DNA from: Fimbriosthenelais zetlandica
Lineage: Eukaryota
NCBI GenBank assembly: GCA_977030845.1
Contig: OZ365114.1
Location: 25,048,001-25,112,000, forward strand
Length of the DNA stretch: 64,000 nucleotides
Direction: 5' to 3'
Made by a program: the position numbers and the translations under genes. The notes beneath the pieces are model-generated. The model made no database searches, was not told where the DNA came from, and saw only the letters and a program-made list of their open reading frames with translations. Positions within the stretch are counted from its first letter, which is position 1. The number at the start of each line of letters is the position of its first letter. Below are positions 24,106-37,350 of this stretch, one piece after another.

Positions 24106-26960
24106 TCCACTCCAGATCCTGGCAGCCATGTCAGCTGGTGACCGGGGGAGGAGGGAAGACTTGCCACTTCCTTGCTGCAGATGGCAGAACTTCAATTGCA
24201 GAACCAAGGGATGAGGAGCCTTGTATCCACCATGATCCTGTAGATAAAGAAATTAGATATTTTTGTGAGAAATGTGTGGGTGTTATGATTTGACGTTGGC
24301 ATGATGAATATAAACATCTGTTGAAAGGTTTTTGGTTTGGGTCCTCAGGGCGTTAGATTCTAGCCCCTTTTTTGGGATCATACTGGGTTTTGAGGGCTCC
24401 TTTGCCCTCATTTGGTGCAATCTGGAACAGAGCCAGCCGTGTCAGAGGTCCTAGTACTTAAAACAAGTAACCAGTGGTGGAGGGGCAGTGGAATTTGTAA
24501 GGAAATCCCCATTAATGAACTTATTCACAAGTAGTAAACTTTGTCGTCCAGGTCACTAATAAGCCCTCCACAGCCGTCACTTCACCTTGGGTTACTACTC
24601 ATCATCATTGGCACTACAGCTTCAGCATTAGTTACATGTTTGTAAATGTGGGCAAGTGTATGTATAATAAACTCCTCTTCAAATGTACTGGAGGGCGAGT
24701 CCTACTTTATATTGCATAATATGAGAAATTCTGAGTTATTAGCAGTTGTTCTGCTGTCATGTCAACATCCTTCTTGTCTTGTGAAAGGCCAAAAATTGAT
24801 GTTCCAGGTACCTTCTACCCTCCTAGCCAAACCCATTACCAATAGATCCCGTATTCATCATGCAAAATTCCTGTCTGCTGCAAGGGTGTATCTGGAGAAA
24901 TTGCCAAAGCAGGGTAACTCCGAAACTGAATACATTGCATTTTTTTTAACCTACTAGTGAACCCAAGTTTCTTTGAAGAATATCCCTTAAATTCTTTCTC
25001 CTGGAAATATGTAAATACATTTGTCTTCCTGATTTTTCGAGTTATAATTGTGATTAGTGTATCATTTCCTTGAGGGTATTTTTTCACTGAAACCAAGTAG
25101 ATATTTTGCTTAAGAAAATTGATTGTATTTGCCCTTGAAAAACTAGTGTAATAGCAGTCACACCAGGTCGATAAAGGCATAGGATAAAAAACTGTATATT
25201 CTATTTGGATAGAGCATGATGCATTTATCGGGCTAGTGTGACAAGCAAAACAATGAAACAAGTTATTAAATATATTCATGAGATTGAATGATGGAACATT
25301 TCTGTTAGGAAAAGATCCATTGGTTATGTGTCAGATTATTAGTCAGGATATGGATACAGACTCATTGTTAATGAATATCAAACAAGGCGCTACAGACTTG
25401 TAGCTGTAGCTGATAGTCGGTTGTTACTGGGTGCCGTTATGTTTCCTTACATCTAATAAGTCACTCACCATTATGTAGAGCTGTACCCACATTGTCCCAT
25501 GCCAACTAAGACAATTGTCTGCTGTTCACAAGCTGAATCCGAGTAGTACTTCGATTTAGTTTTCAAAGAAAGTATTAAGCGATGAATTAATTTCTCTTAA
25601 TTGATTTGCAATTGACCTGTATCGCTATATGATTGGTAAAAAGGAGTCAAGACTTCCACACGGTGCTATGGGTTTAATGTGTAATACAATGTTATGTTAT
25701 ACAAGTCAGCTTTTCTCCCCTATACACTGCAAATTTAAAGCAAATTGTGTTCGATAATAGTCATGTATGTTGCTTCATAGTGTCATTTGGTTGTGTCGCA
25801 CGATTATGTCAAGTTATTGTTGCCTTTCGTTTGGTGTAGGCCGTCTACGCCAGCTATTAATGAATGCCGACTGAAGACTGACTCAATATAGCAGTGAGTG
25901 ATTTCGAGCCAAGGATCTGATGATGATTGTGATCAAAATCGGTCATAATAGGGACCTCCTATATGCAGATCGTTAGACACTTAATGGTCTGCACTTGTTA
26001 CCAAGGTTGCAATGAGGTGGCAAACTCATATGAGAATGAATTTTAACATATTTTGTCACTGAGTTGATTGGAATGTTCTGCAGAAAAATAAAAGTTTAAA
26101 AAAAAATCATATTGAACATTCTTCTTGATAAAGCATGGGTAGGCCTAAGGGACAGCTCTGGAAGGATCCACTAAAAGACCTGAGCCTGTTTCAAAACGAC
26201 GATGGGCAATGTTAAGTCTATAGGAAATCTTTGGGCAGAAACAGGCCCCAGTACACACAAAGGAACAAACAGTAATCCTGTCTCGCATATGTAAACTTTT
26301 GTAGTGTAACTATTGGTACGTACAATGTATACATATTGAGCTCATGACGTTTTATGCACTCACAATGAACCTGAACGCCTCTATATTTGGACCAAGCCTT
26401 CAGATAAACAAAACTTTATCTTTGAGATGATCACAATGACCTTGCTGACGGGCTGGTTTCAATAGTGGATACGAACATCACTTGACCTGCACCCCAGCTT
26501 TCTTTGGGCGCAGAACACAAAGCTTGGGTGCAGTTACATAACTTACCTGACAAGCACAGTTTCTGGGTCAACTTGTGCTAATGGGCTATTGATGAAAAGG
26601 AATCATTGGGCTTAATTAACTTCATCAGCCACAGTGAATTTCAGATCAGAAAGTCAGCATTTTAAGTCATTTTTGTGTTCCATTCTGCCTGTACTGTGTT
26701 TTCACTGTCACTATTGGCATCTTTAATAATAAGCTCATTTAATTGGCGTCACAGAACAGCGAGGTAATTATTTCACCTCACAAAGCTATAATTGGTGAAA
26801 CCCTGACAGGAATAACAAGAGCGAATTATTGTTAATATTTTTAAGTGATTTTTTGACAAATGAAGAGTTGAGTTTCTCACTAAGGATTGTGAACATGGAC
26901 AGGTTAATGACCGACAATACATGAACCGTCTGGAGGAAGCGGGAGCTTGAGAATATGACA

Positions 26961-26981
26961 TGACGTCAGGTTATATAAATA
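26961..26981 (+). promoter_or_regulatory. Perfect CRE (TGACGTCA) adjacent to a TATA-like TATATAAATA
   Basis: TGACGTCA at 26961-26968 and TATATAAATA at 26972-26981, in the glycogenin-SLC18B1 intergenic region. Motif match only. Confidence 0.25.
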
Positions 26982-28930
26982 GAACCCGGGGAATAATCAC
27001 TGTCTCCCCTAGCAATTGCTACAATATCATGCAACTTCATGTCACTTCTTATCAGCAGTTGAAGTATACAGATTCAATCGAGTTTTGGTAATATTTCAAC
27101 TATAGATCAATGCTTTTCCCTTTCATCTGACTAATATGACACTTTTCTACCTTCTTTCTTCACACCTCATTCTGCCGAGCTTCGCTATCTTTCTATGGGT
27201 CACTACTTCCTTAATAAATCCAAGTACCTGCCAGGACCTCATCTTCCTCACCTTCCTATCTACCATCCACCACTCTCTTGCCATATGCTACTCACTCCAT
27301 CATGGTGCCCCTTTCCCTTCCCTTCAATCCCCAATCGCCCTGATCATCTTCATAGTTACCCCAACCCTTCTTCTCATCCCCTCTCCCTCCTCCCATCTCA
27401 CGTGAAGGACTCAGGAAAGGAAGGGCTCCAGATCACCTCCCCACAGCCACCACCACAACCACACACAGCACCACTGGAGTAGCAACAGCAGCCCATTGGC
27501 TCTCCCTCACCCTCCCTCTCTCTTTCTCCCTCTCCTCCCCTGTCACCACGGGTCCCTTGAACCTAGCATCCCCATCATCCCTACTGGGGGAAGTTATATC
27601 ACAGGCCTGGTATGATTCCATCATCACTGCTCAACCAATGCTCATCTCTCTCATCATTCTTCTACCTTTTACCTTCTGGATGCCTCCACAAGGATTATCT
27701 CTGACCACCATCACCCCACTGCAGCATCCAATTCAATGAGGTAGCACGGCTCTCCACGTCCAGATTCAGTGCTTAGTTGCAGAGCTCAGTGGAGGAGTTG
27801 GAGGAGGAGCAGCAGCTGCAGCAAGCACTGAAAGCAGCATCTACTAGGCCTATTCAATCTATTCTCACGTTCTCCAAAGCCACTGTAGTTGAGAGAGAGT
27901 GAGTGAGAGGAGAGCATTTGCCCCTCCTGCCTCTCTGTCTGCCATGGCCAGCATCGGCTGCAGCAGTGGTACTCGCCAGTAATGGAAATCACTGTGGTGA
28001 AGAGGCAAAACGGGCTACAGGAGGCAATGTGCCTGTGGTTGGCGAACTGACCTTTATCGCGGCCTCAATAACCAATTAGATCTCTCCAGCTCTCCAGCTG
28101 TCAAGAATTGCTCATCGCAACACCCGGAATAGTAGGCGAGCACCTCAGAGCTTTGTGAGCAGAACCCTGCCTTGGAAAGTACCGATTGCCAGCGGTGCAA
28201 TGCCAACATCAAAAATACACCAGGACCCAAGCTGCACCTGCCATTGGATGTCTTACACCTACACAGTATATGCCCACTTGTTCAAGGACATGAGCTCCCA
28301 ATACTGTCTCCAGCTGCAGTCAAACAAGGACACTGAAGCGTCACAAGTGCTTAGAATGCATCCTTGTGCAGAGCTTGTGAGACAGCCTTAGTTAATTGAG
28401 TGTGATTGGAAGTCAAATTCCTTTACAAAAGCATTACTTTTGCCATTTTGGTGGAAACAACATATATGCCCACGTCTCACTCATTGGATTTTACAGGAGA
28501 AACCTGGTGATTTGGTGCTAAATCTCACTCTCATGGTTGTGTATCATCATCTTCTGGTATTATGACTCTGGGGGTTTATTGATCAGCTGACCATTGAGGT
28601 ACAATGCAAACTGGAGCAAAGGGAAGTGCACCGACCTCCATCAGATGGATGTTCTCATTTGATTGAAGCTACATTTTGCTTCCTAAACCACAAGATTTTG
28701 ATGAACACATTGTTAACATCAGCTGAACACTTCAGGGATCTGTGTTTCATGTAGGCCTACTCCCATGCATGATTGTCCTTCCATAGGTGTTCACCTCTTG
28801 TCTTATCAGCACTTACCATCATCAGCCCTTCCTCACAGTGTGGTGGGAAGAGGACACGCTGTCATTGTTCTCAAGTCTAAAGAGACAAGCACTACTGGTA
28901 TCGTGGACGACACAGGGTGACAGCTAATGT

Positions 28931-31900
28931 ATGCGTCAGCTACAGAACGACCGAAACCACGACAACGCCTCCACAGCCAACATAGAGGCGGAAGTAGATG
29001 GCGCGGCGGGCATTGCGTCATCAATATGGCGGATGCCGCGGCGCCAGAAGAGGGTGGTGGCCTGTATCCACCTCTATATCTTCCTCTACAATGTCTACAT
29101 AACAGCCATGCTGCCTTTCTTCCCAGAGGAGGTGATCCATAATAAAAAGAATCTATGTAGTTCAAGATAGTCATATATTTTTTTCATGACATCCATTCTA
29201 ATCTTGCCTTCTCAGCCAGCCTAATAGAGAATTCTTTGCCATGCAATAATGCAATTATACCCTTAAGCATGTAATCCACATACAATATGATGGTTGATCT
29301 TTTTTCACTACCAATTTTATCATAAGGCTGTAGAAGTCTGCATAAGGTTTGATAAGTCAGAGATCTGGTACTTGTTTTATATGATTGTGAGAAGGTCTTT
29401 CCAAAACTCCAGAAATTGAATGTTTGTTAAATTCAATAATGTGTAATTACGCTTATGTGCCTCTGCAGGACCTTATTTTGCCATTTTTCAGGCGGAAAAG
29501 AGAGGGATGAACCATATTGTGATGGGTCTTCTCTTCGGAGTTTTTGATTTGGTTCAGTTCATATCTGCTCCAATCTTCAGGAAGGTCAGCAATTTTTTAT
29601 ACGTAGCCTAAAAGTGTGTTATGGGAAGAAGTGAATTTCTAGATATTATGCTCTACAACTCTTTCTGTGCCTTAATGGGATGTCTTTATTTTTCAGATGG
29701 CATGCATGAGTTCACGCACTGTCTTTATTATGGGAACATTTTTCTCGGGACTCTTCACTTTGGGATTTGGGTAGGTATTTTAACATTTTCAGCAGCACTT
29801 CCGGTTAGCTTCCAAAAGCACTTTGACGTGATGATTCACACTCATGCTATACCCCATGCCGATGATAGAGCAACAATGGAGCAAAAATCCACTGCATGCA
29901 ATTGTTGTTTGGGCATTTGGTACCATACACGCCTGAAGAATCTTGATGGTCTCAATAGAAATTTGACTCGTTTTCCCCAGCCACACTCCACAAATCATAA
30001 ACTCGTTTCTTGTGCACTGTCTTGATCCCACTTCATCTTTTGATCATGCTTTTCCAGTCTACTTCTATCGCTGTTTGTATGGCCTTCAAGTAGCTTATTT
30101 CTTGCCTATATAAATTATATCCTCTTGACAATCCGTAGGATGTCCTGAAAAGTTAGGATGCAATTTTGCTAGTTGAAAATTCGGCTATAATCATTAGGAG
30201 AAGTCTGTGCTTGTCTCAGGCCAGTAACGTTAGTTCTGCATCATAGACTTGTGGCATGTTTCATAATATGTAATGCAAAACCACGAGGCGTGCATATATA
30301 ATATACAATAATACATACAACTCTAATTGTTTAAGGTTGCATACCTCATACCATAGGAAAATTCTACATTTGATAGGCCTACAGGCTACTATTGATAAAG
30401 ATGAAAGTTAGTGATGTAAAACTTGTAGTATAGAGTACATGGTCTATTAGAGTTTGCATTGTCCTTCTCTATACCTAGGGTGAAGTCTGAAGATTTATTG
30501 TGGCATGAATGTGTCCGTTGGTTATGCCTGTTCTGGGTTTAGCTCAAGTATCATTCTCCAGATTCAAAGTTGACTATCAGTAAACAATTCTAGTGTTTTT
30601 CATTCACAGTTCAGCTGTGTTTTCCTCGTTATTTGTAGCCTCCAAGGTCTAATCCCTGTCGACCTTGGTCCAATGCCCTTCACGATTGGCTGCTTCCTGT
30701 TTCGCATTCTTACGTCACTGGCTGAAACATCCGGTGACGTCGCTGCACACTCCATAGCAACGCACAGCTTTCCTGACAACCCTGCTACGGCTTATGTACG
30801 TTATTTTCTGTTCTAGATTGGGAGGAATAATCATGATAGTACTGGCATTATCTTCTGTGTCTTCTTATTGTCCTTTACTCATACAACACAACTATTCCCA
30901 GCCAATCTGTATAACTTCATCCTTTTCACCATCTACTGCTGACATCAGCTCTGCCCTTTATTAACCAAAGTGTCTCATTTCCATGGTGATATGTGGTTCA
31001 ATCATACGAATGAATTTTAGTGCCAAATAGGCCTATACATTGTATCTCAAATCAGGACAAATATGATGACAAATGTCTCCACATTATTCTATATGGAGAT
31101 TATCAAGGACTTTACCAAAAAGATGACATTGTCCATGATAAATTTATTGTACAGATAGTTCTGTAAGATGCCTGCAATGGTAGGGTTTGAATATAAAAAG
31201 TTAAATTCTGAAGAACAGAGCTCTTTATGGGAAGGTGTTGAAGGTCTGTAATGGTCTCTTTGCAGGGGTTTACTGAAACGACAGCCGCTGTGGCCAACAT
31301 GATTGGCCCTCCTTTGGGTGGTGCACTTTACGAGGTGAGGACTTGCACTATATGGCATCAGAGCCATGTCTGTCTCTATTATGAATTTGACCAATTTAAC
31401 GATCAAAGTAGGCCTATATTGAGTTCTTTGTTAGCTGACATTCAATTAAGTTAGCTCTCTTTGCAGTTGAGTGGCATGGTGCTTCCATTGGCCGTTTTAG
31501 GTGGTGTCACAATTTCCATGGTTCCATTGTTTTTCTTCCTCCTACCGCCCGTTATAAGTAAGTCCATTACAGTTCACATCCTCTGTAGTTTATTAACATA
31601 GTCTCAAGGATTCTTTGTCACAGTTCATCAATACGAATATTGCTCTCCCTTGGCATTTCAGTTGCCCCAGCACGTGATGGGGGAAATCCTAAGTTCGCCC
31701 TTATCAAACTTCCGACCATTGGTATCCTGCTCACAATTGTCTTTGGTATTGCTGTGGCTTGGGTTGCCACGGAACCTATTCTCGAACCTCATCTCAAACA
31801 GGTCGGCCTACTTATAGCTATATATATATATACTAGTCCATTTTACAAGCAGACTTTAAAGCTACATATTTAGGCTAACATGAACATCGTATATGTGCAG

Positions 31901-33333
31901 GTTTATTCTTTCTATGATCTCTGTTTTTATTTCTTTTAGTTCGGTTTAAGTCCCACAAAAACTGGTCTAGTCTTCATGATGATGGCCGCCCTCTATGCCC
32001 TCCTTTCTCCCCTGGTTGGTCTTATTGCTGAGAAAATGGTGAGTATGACGACTAAAGTTGCATAGCCTAGTTATTTTAGTTCGATCACTTTCTAGGAAAA
32101 CCTTATGGGATAATACCACTAATACTTCTTTAACACTCCAAGAATGTTCTTTTCGTGTTTCAGCGAGACAATGTACCACTTATGCTGGTTGGACTGCTCA
32201 TGGCAATTACTTCTTTGTTGTTTATGGGACCTTCTCCATTAATTGCGCTTCAGTGGTACAAGTAAGTATACAAGTTTATATAGGCCTATAGGCCTATACA
32301 AAACAGCTTTGCAGTCGTCACCATATATAGGCCTAATCATTGAGGCTATAGATATGTACGTGATTCCTGGACCATTGTGAAAATGTACATTCAAGTTGAG
32401 TCCTAAATGACTTACATTTTTCTTCCAGGAAATTATGGCTAAAGTTAGTAACTTTAGCTGGCTTCAGTATTGGATGCAACCTTGCTCTTGTTCCTACCTT
32501 TGAGAAAATCCTGGAAGCAGCTCAGTACGTACAGTTCAATGTTAATTTCATTGCCTTTATACTAGCTTGATCGTTTAGAGCTACGTATGGGATATGAATT
32601 GTCAAATTCTATTCTTGTTAATAGGGATGCAGGGGTAGCAGATGACACCGGAACCCATGGAGCTGTAGCTGGATTGTTTGTGTCTGTTTACACATTCGGG
32701 TATGTTACTGCTTATATATATGCTAACTTGAATTTAAATGAATTTAAACTATAGATATGCACAAAGTACATAAAAATAGGTAACTTGTGAGAATTCGCAA
32801 TTGCTGCACTATTTGAACATGTAACTTTCGTTCAGAGGGCCGGTTTATAAACTACATGAGGACTGGGAAACATTGTTCAGTTAGAGATCTTAATCATGTT
32901 AATCTGTTTTGATTATTTATGTGTAGGGAGTTTGTAGGCCCCGTGGTATCTACAGCCATTGATTCCACCCTTGGTTTTGGCTGGTGTATCACCGTCATGG
33001 CCATGCTTCTGGTTGGTGTGGTGAGTTAGATTATTTATAGATTCAACCATGTTTTACAACCAATGGCTCATGCAAGCCATTGCTCGCTTTCTCTAAAGCG
33101 TTTTGTTTTCATGTTCTCTCATTTCCATTTATCACTCATGACTCTTTCAGACGATACTAACACTTTCACTGTGGGCCTACGAGTGCAAGACAAGACCAGC
33201 TAATGAGGAAACACAAACCCATCACAGCAATGCCTCTGAAGAAGATTATGACCTTGAAGACCATGATGTATTTGTTAATGCTGAAGACAACTTACCCCCA
33301 TTAGAGTTACCAAATGAAGAGGATGCAGTCTGA
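28931..33333 (+). CDS. SLC18B1: MFS-type transporter, SLC18B1-like (vesicular amine/polyamine transporter family), 13 exons, 489 aa
   Basis: Exons 28931-29131, 29492-29584, 29697-29770, 30639-30795, 31266-31334, 31467-31557, 31662(or 31671)-31801, 31940-32038, 32164-32261, 32429-32524, 32625-32699, 32927-33020, 33151-33333. Phases are consistent; total 1,470 nt. Motifs typical of SLC18B1: LPFFPEEAEKRG, FPDNPATAYGFTET, IGPPLGGALYE, EPILEPHLKQFGLSP, MGPSP, LVPTFEKIL, GAVAGLF, GEFVGP. About 12 hydrophobic segments and an acidic C-tail. Orthologue versus paralogue is not resolvable here. Confidence 0.9.
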
Positions 33334-33942
33334 AGCAACGACTGAAGTGAAGATCTGAGAAAACCATATTAAAGACAACAGGGTGTCACCACCCAGCGCT
33401 GGACTCCAATGCCTTCCATATTACATGCATAGAGAGAGGTAAGTTTCTAGACCTTGAACACGCTTGTACGAGTTGAAAGGTCCTAGTTGACTGACGTGTG
33501 GAGGTCGGGTGTGTACAGTACATCCCCCTTGGGTCCTTATATAGGACTGATCCAATCAATGGAGCCCTGGTTTCCTATAAGATTGTTACGTAATGATTGA
33601 GGTGGTAGTCGGACACTCCCCACACACGGGGAGACCTGACTAAATCTGTGTAGGTCTTCAGAGACTGGTGGGCCCAGTGCTTTCCCATTACTTATAGACA
33701 TGTATTTGTCATTAGCCCCGGGATAGAGTAAACTAGTACACTTATCAATGGGCCCTTATCAGCAACATTAATGGGTATGACAAAGTAAGAACATGTTAAC
33801 CCGAAACAGGTACAGGAAGTCTTTTTTCTGATAGAAAGTTTCTGCTGAAAAATATTAACAGGATCGCCCGATCAGTATCAAACACTTGATATTGTTTCAC
33901 ACTTAAGAGAAAACTTGCTAGTTTCCAAAGCCAAATGCGTCT

Positions 33943-33948
33943 AATAAA
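33943..33948 (+). terminator. Candidate polyadenylation signal of the SLC18B1-like gene
   Basis: AATAAA about 610 nt after the stop at 33333. Confidence 0.3.
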
Positions 33949-36900
33949 ACAATAATGGAATGCAGATTTACTTCTTGCAACGAATAAGTTACCTTTTAAG
34001 GAACTACCCGGATGCAAATTTATTAGGTATTTATTAGAAAATTTAGCTCATTGGTCCTGATTTATGATTTTGGAAAAAAAAATTGTGCTGAGGGAAAAAT
34101 GCAGAGTGAATCCAGATATCCATGGCAGAAGCATCATTATCCATTGCATTCAGACCTTATAGTGGAATGGGGAAAGATTTGAATAAGGTGATTAAAAATA
34201 ATCTTTGATGGCGGGACATCTCAATTATATATTTACATATCAAAACTTGGCGACCGTTACAAGACTAGAATGTGACTGTTATTAGTGTTATAATACACTG
34301 AACAGATATTCTTCGCAATAGGATAATATATACCAATAATCTAGAACTGTGATATCTACAATGGTCTGCATAGGTAAGTACTTTAGTTCCACTGTGGGTG
34401 GGAACTAAATGCCCATACTTCAATATTGAGGTCATGCCTGTCCCTCTCCCCATACAGTTAAGCAACAATGCTTAATTAATGAACGATCACATTGAACATC
34501 TAGTGTATACGCTATTATGAAATGAAGCCCACAGATAATCAATAAGGAGCGATGCAGAGAAGCAATTTACAAAGATACACCAAGGAAGATTGTGAATACA
34601 GGACGATGTGTCCTATGATATTGGATTGATGGGGATATCTTTGTCGCGTTTGTTGAATTTTTACCACTGACAATATAAGTATGAAATGAAAGACCTCCGC
34701 ACAATATGATCAAATTAATAGACTATGCTGTTACAACTTTTAACTCAAACCAATACTATCAAAGAGTTGCTCACAAATATACTGCTGGCATCTAAGCCTT
34801 ACTCATTTACTTGGGTCAAAAATCATGCCCGTCAGATCCAAGATCACGACCCGGTATGTCAAAGTCAAATTGCCAAGGCCGCAATGTCAAAAGCCACAAT
34901 TTACTATAAATGTTCTGAAATGTTCTTTTAAACTTTTTGAAGCATACATGCGAGTGTTCATGATTATCAGGTTGATATATCTACCGAGTCCCTTATATTG
35001 TTGCCCAGTTCGTTTTTGGTGGAATTTTAAGATGACTGATTCACACGTTTTTCATGATGTTGGTGAGGGATTTCAGGTTTTGTAATGGCGAGAATTCCAG
35101 GAGTGTGTTCCAGTTATATTTCATTGAAGCCGATTATTACAAACTTTAACAGTGTACCCTCGTTGTGTAATTGTTTTATTAAGCGAGCAGCAAAAACAGT
35201 TGTTGCCAACTTTTGTAGGCGTCCTCTACCATTGTAAAATGTATATCATATGGACAGATCTCTTTTGGATCCTTATCATATATAGAGGCAGGGACACACC
35301 CCTTTGTAAAGGTGTCATATTCTGCCATAAGCAATACTTTACATGTTCATGCAAATTATAATCCTGTATAGAATTCAATAACACGATTTTAAGCATTGTG
35401 ACTGTACAAAGACCATGTTTACTTTAAAGAAGATTTTCACAGACTATTACTCATGTGGACATACACGGGTTAGAAATGCAATCTTCTTATCATCACTTAA
35501 GATTGTTCTTCAGTCAATTTGAATGGTTTTAGGAAACTTGAAATCATGTTTAAACCACCTCATTGGTAGACTGAATGGAATTTCATATATTGTATAGAAT
35601 ATTTCACACCTTGGGTTTCAGTTGTATTACTATTTCGCTGCACGATTTTATTTAAAGTGTTATCGCAGGGTATTAAACTTTCCAATTGTTTTACACTTAA
35701 CGTGTTTGAAATTTATCGTTGTGATTTAAGGCAGCTGTGTAAACATTATCTGTTCCCTAATTTGACGTTAATGTTCCTTAAATATTTTCATATCATTCTT
35801 TAGTACATTCCATCAAGAGAATAGGGTACAGTTACGTTATATATTTTCGGTACTTTTACCAGATAAGAGGTTAGTTTTGGTCACTTTTATGTGTGAGTTC
35901 ATAGATGACATATACCACTGTTCTTGTGTCAATGTACATTGCTTTCACGTTAATTTCTCACCATTTGTCTGTATATTCAGATTCCCCCGAATATACAAAT
36001 ACAAACATGTCTTTCATTGGTTCTTCCACCCAGAAGATTCACATAATTATATACGTGTATGGAATCCGTGAATGTGTAAAATTCATTAAAAAAATATCTA
36101 CCAACATAGAGCGGTGCATGGAATCATGGTGCATGTTAGATCATTTCTAGGTGTAATTCAAAGCAATGCAATGGGTACATGTACTTTGCTATCATTGGAA
36201 TCCATCACCATCACAAATTTCAAGTGCTCTACTTATGCAACCTGTCTATGTAAAAAGAAATCTATTATGAATTATAGCAGAATTATATGATTAGAAAATG
36301 CAAGTAAAGTGCGATGCATGTTACAAATCTCATTTGAGTATCACAAGTTTCAGGGTTGAGAATACAACCCACCAGCGCACATTATAATTAGCGTACCATG
36401 ATATATAACTGTAGTTAATTGACGTATCAGATTTTTGCTATTTTGGATGTAGTTGGAAAACATTCGACAAATTTAATTGACTGTCCACATGTATCTAATA
36501 AATATTGTCAGGGATACAATGAAAATGTATTACCAAAATGTATGATAGTTTTCCATTCAGTGAAATAGTATTAAACACATAACATGTGTCTCAAATATTT
36601 CCATAGGTACGGTATCAGTTCTGATGGTTAAATGGGACTTTCTTCACTCTCTTCAGAGTAAGCATTACAATATCACTGTTCAAGTACATTTCTAGCTGTG
36701 TAGCGGAGAGACTTTTTAGATTCTTTCTTAGAAAGCATGATTTAGAATAATGAATATTCAATATTTAAGGAATCATGTATATAAATAATATAATGGTTAG
36801 TGTCGTTAAAAGATGAGGAGGTAAATAATTGAAGAATACGTTCACTTTCTGAGTATTAGATTCGAAGAAGAATAAATGGTTAATAAGGTCCTACACATGG

Positions 36901-37087
36901 ATGTGATATTTCAGTTGCAATTTGTTGTTTTTAGCAACATTAAGATATCACATCTATATGAATGATATCTAGTGAGGTGTAATAAAGCTTAAATACCAAT
37001 TGTGGTAGTAATTGTTCATGAATTAGTACTTTGAATTGTCTAAATTCTATGTCGCTGTGAGTTTTCTTACCTGGTGGTAAATACCGG

Positions 37088-37093
37088 TTTATT
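37088..37093 (-). terminator. Candidate polyadenylation signal of the polycystin gene
   Basis: AATAAA on the - strand about 260 nt downstream of the stop at 37351. Confidence 0.35.
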
Positions 37094-37350
37094 ACTACAC
37101 ATTTTAATGAACGTTGCATTGATTTTCATGTCCGAGGAAACATTTATGTACCTAAAAGGTCAATTGTTGTTATTTACTGGTGACTTTACATCTAGAATTG
37201 CTCAAGTTTGCATTTCCATATAATAAAGATCATAGATGCTTTAATGGTGTACACCTCTTATTTCAACTATATATAATTGGTGGGAAATTGAAATTTCCGG
37301 ATCATTGCGATCAAGAACGGAATGCAACTTCTGACAACAGCTAAAATCCC

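Noticed and set aside
28833-29174. Alternative ORFs 28927-29142 (+) and 28833-29174 (-)
   Set aside because: They overlap the GC-rich first exon of the SLC18B1-like gene. Only the 28931 frame splices into the transporter.
33950-37080. Short ORFs (60-90 aa) between the convergent SLC18B1-like and polycystin genes
   Set aside because: AT-rich, with no motifs or consistent splice signals. Consistent with UTR or intergenic DNA.
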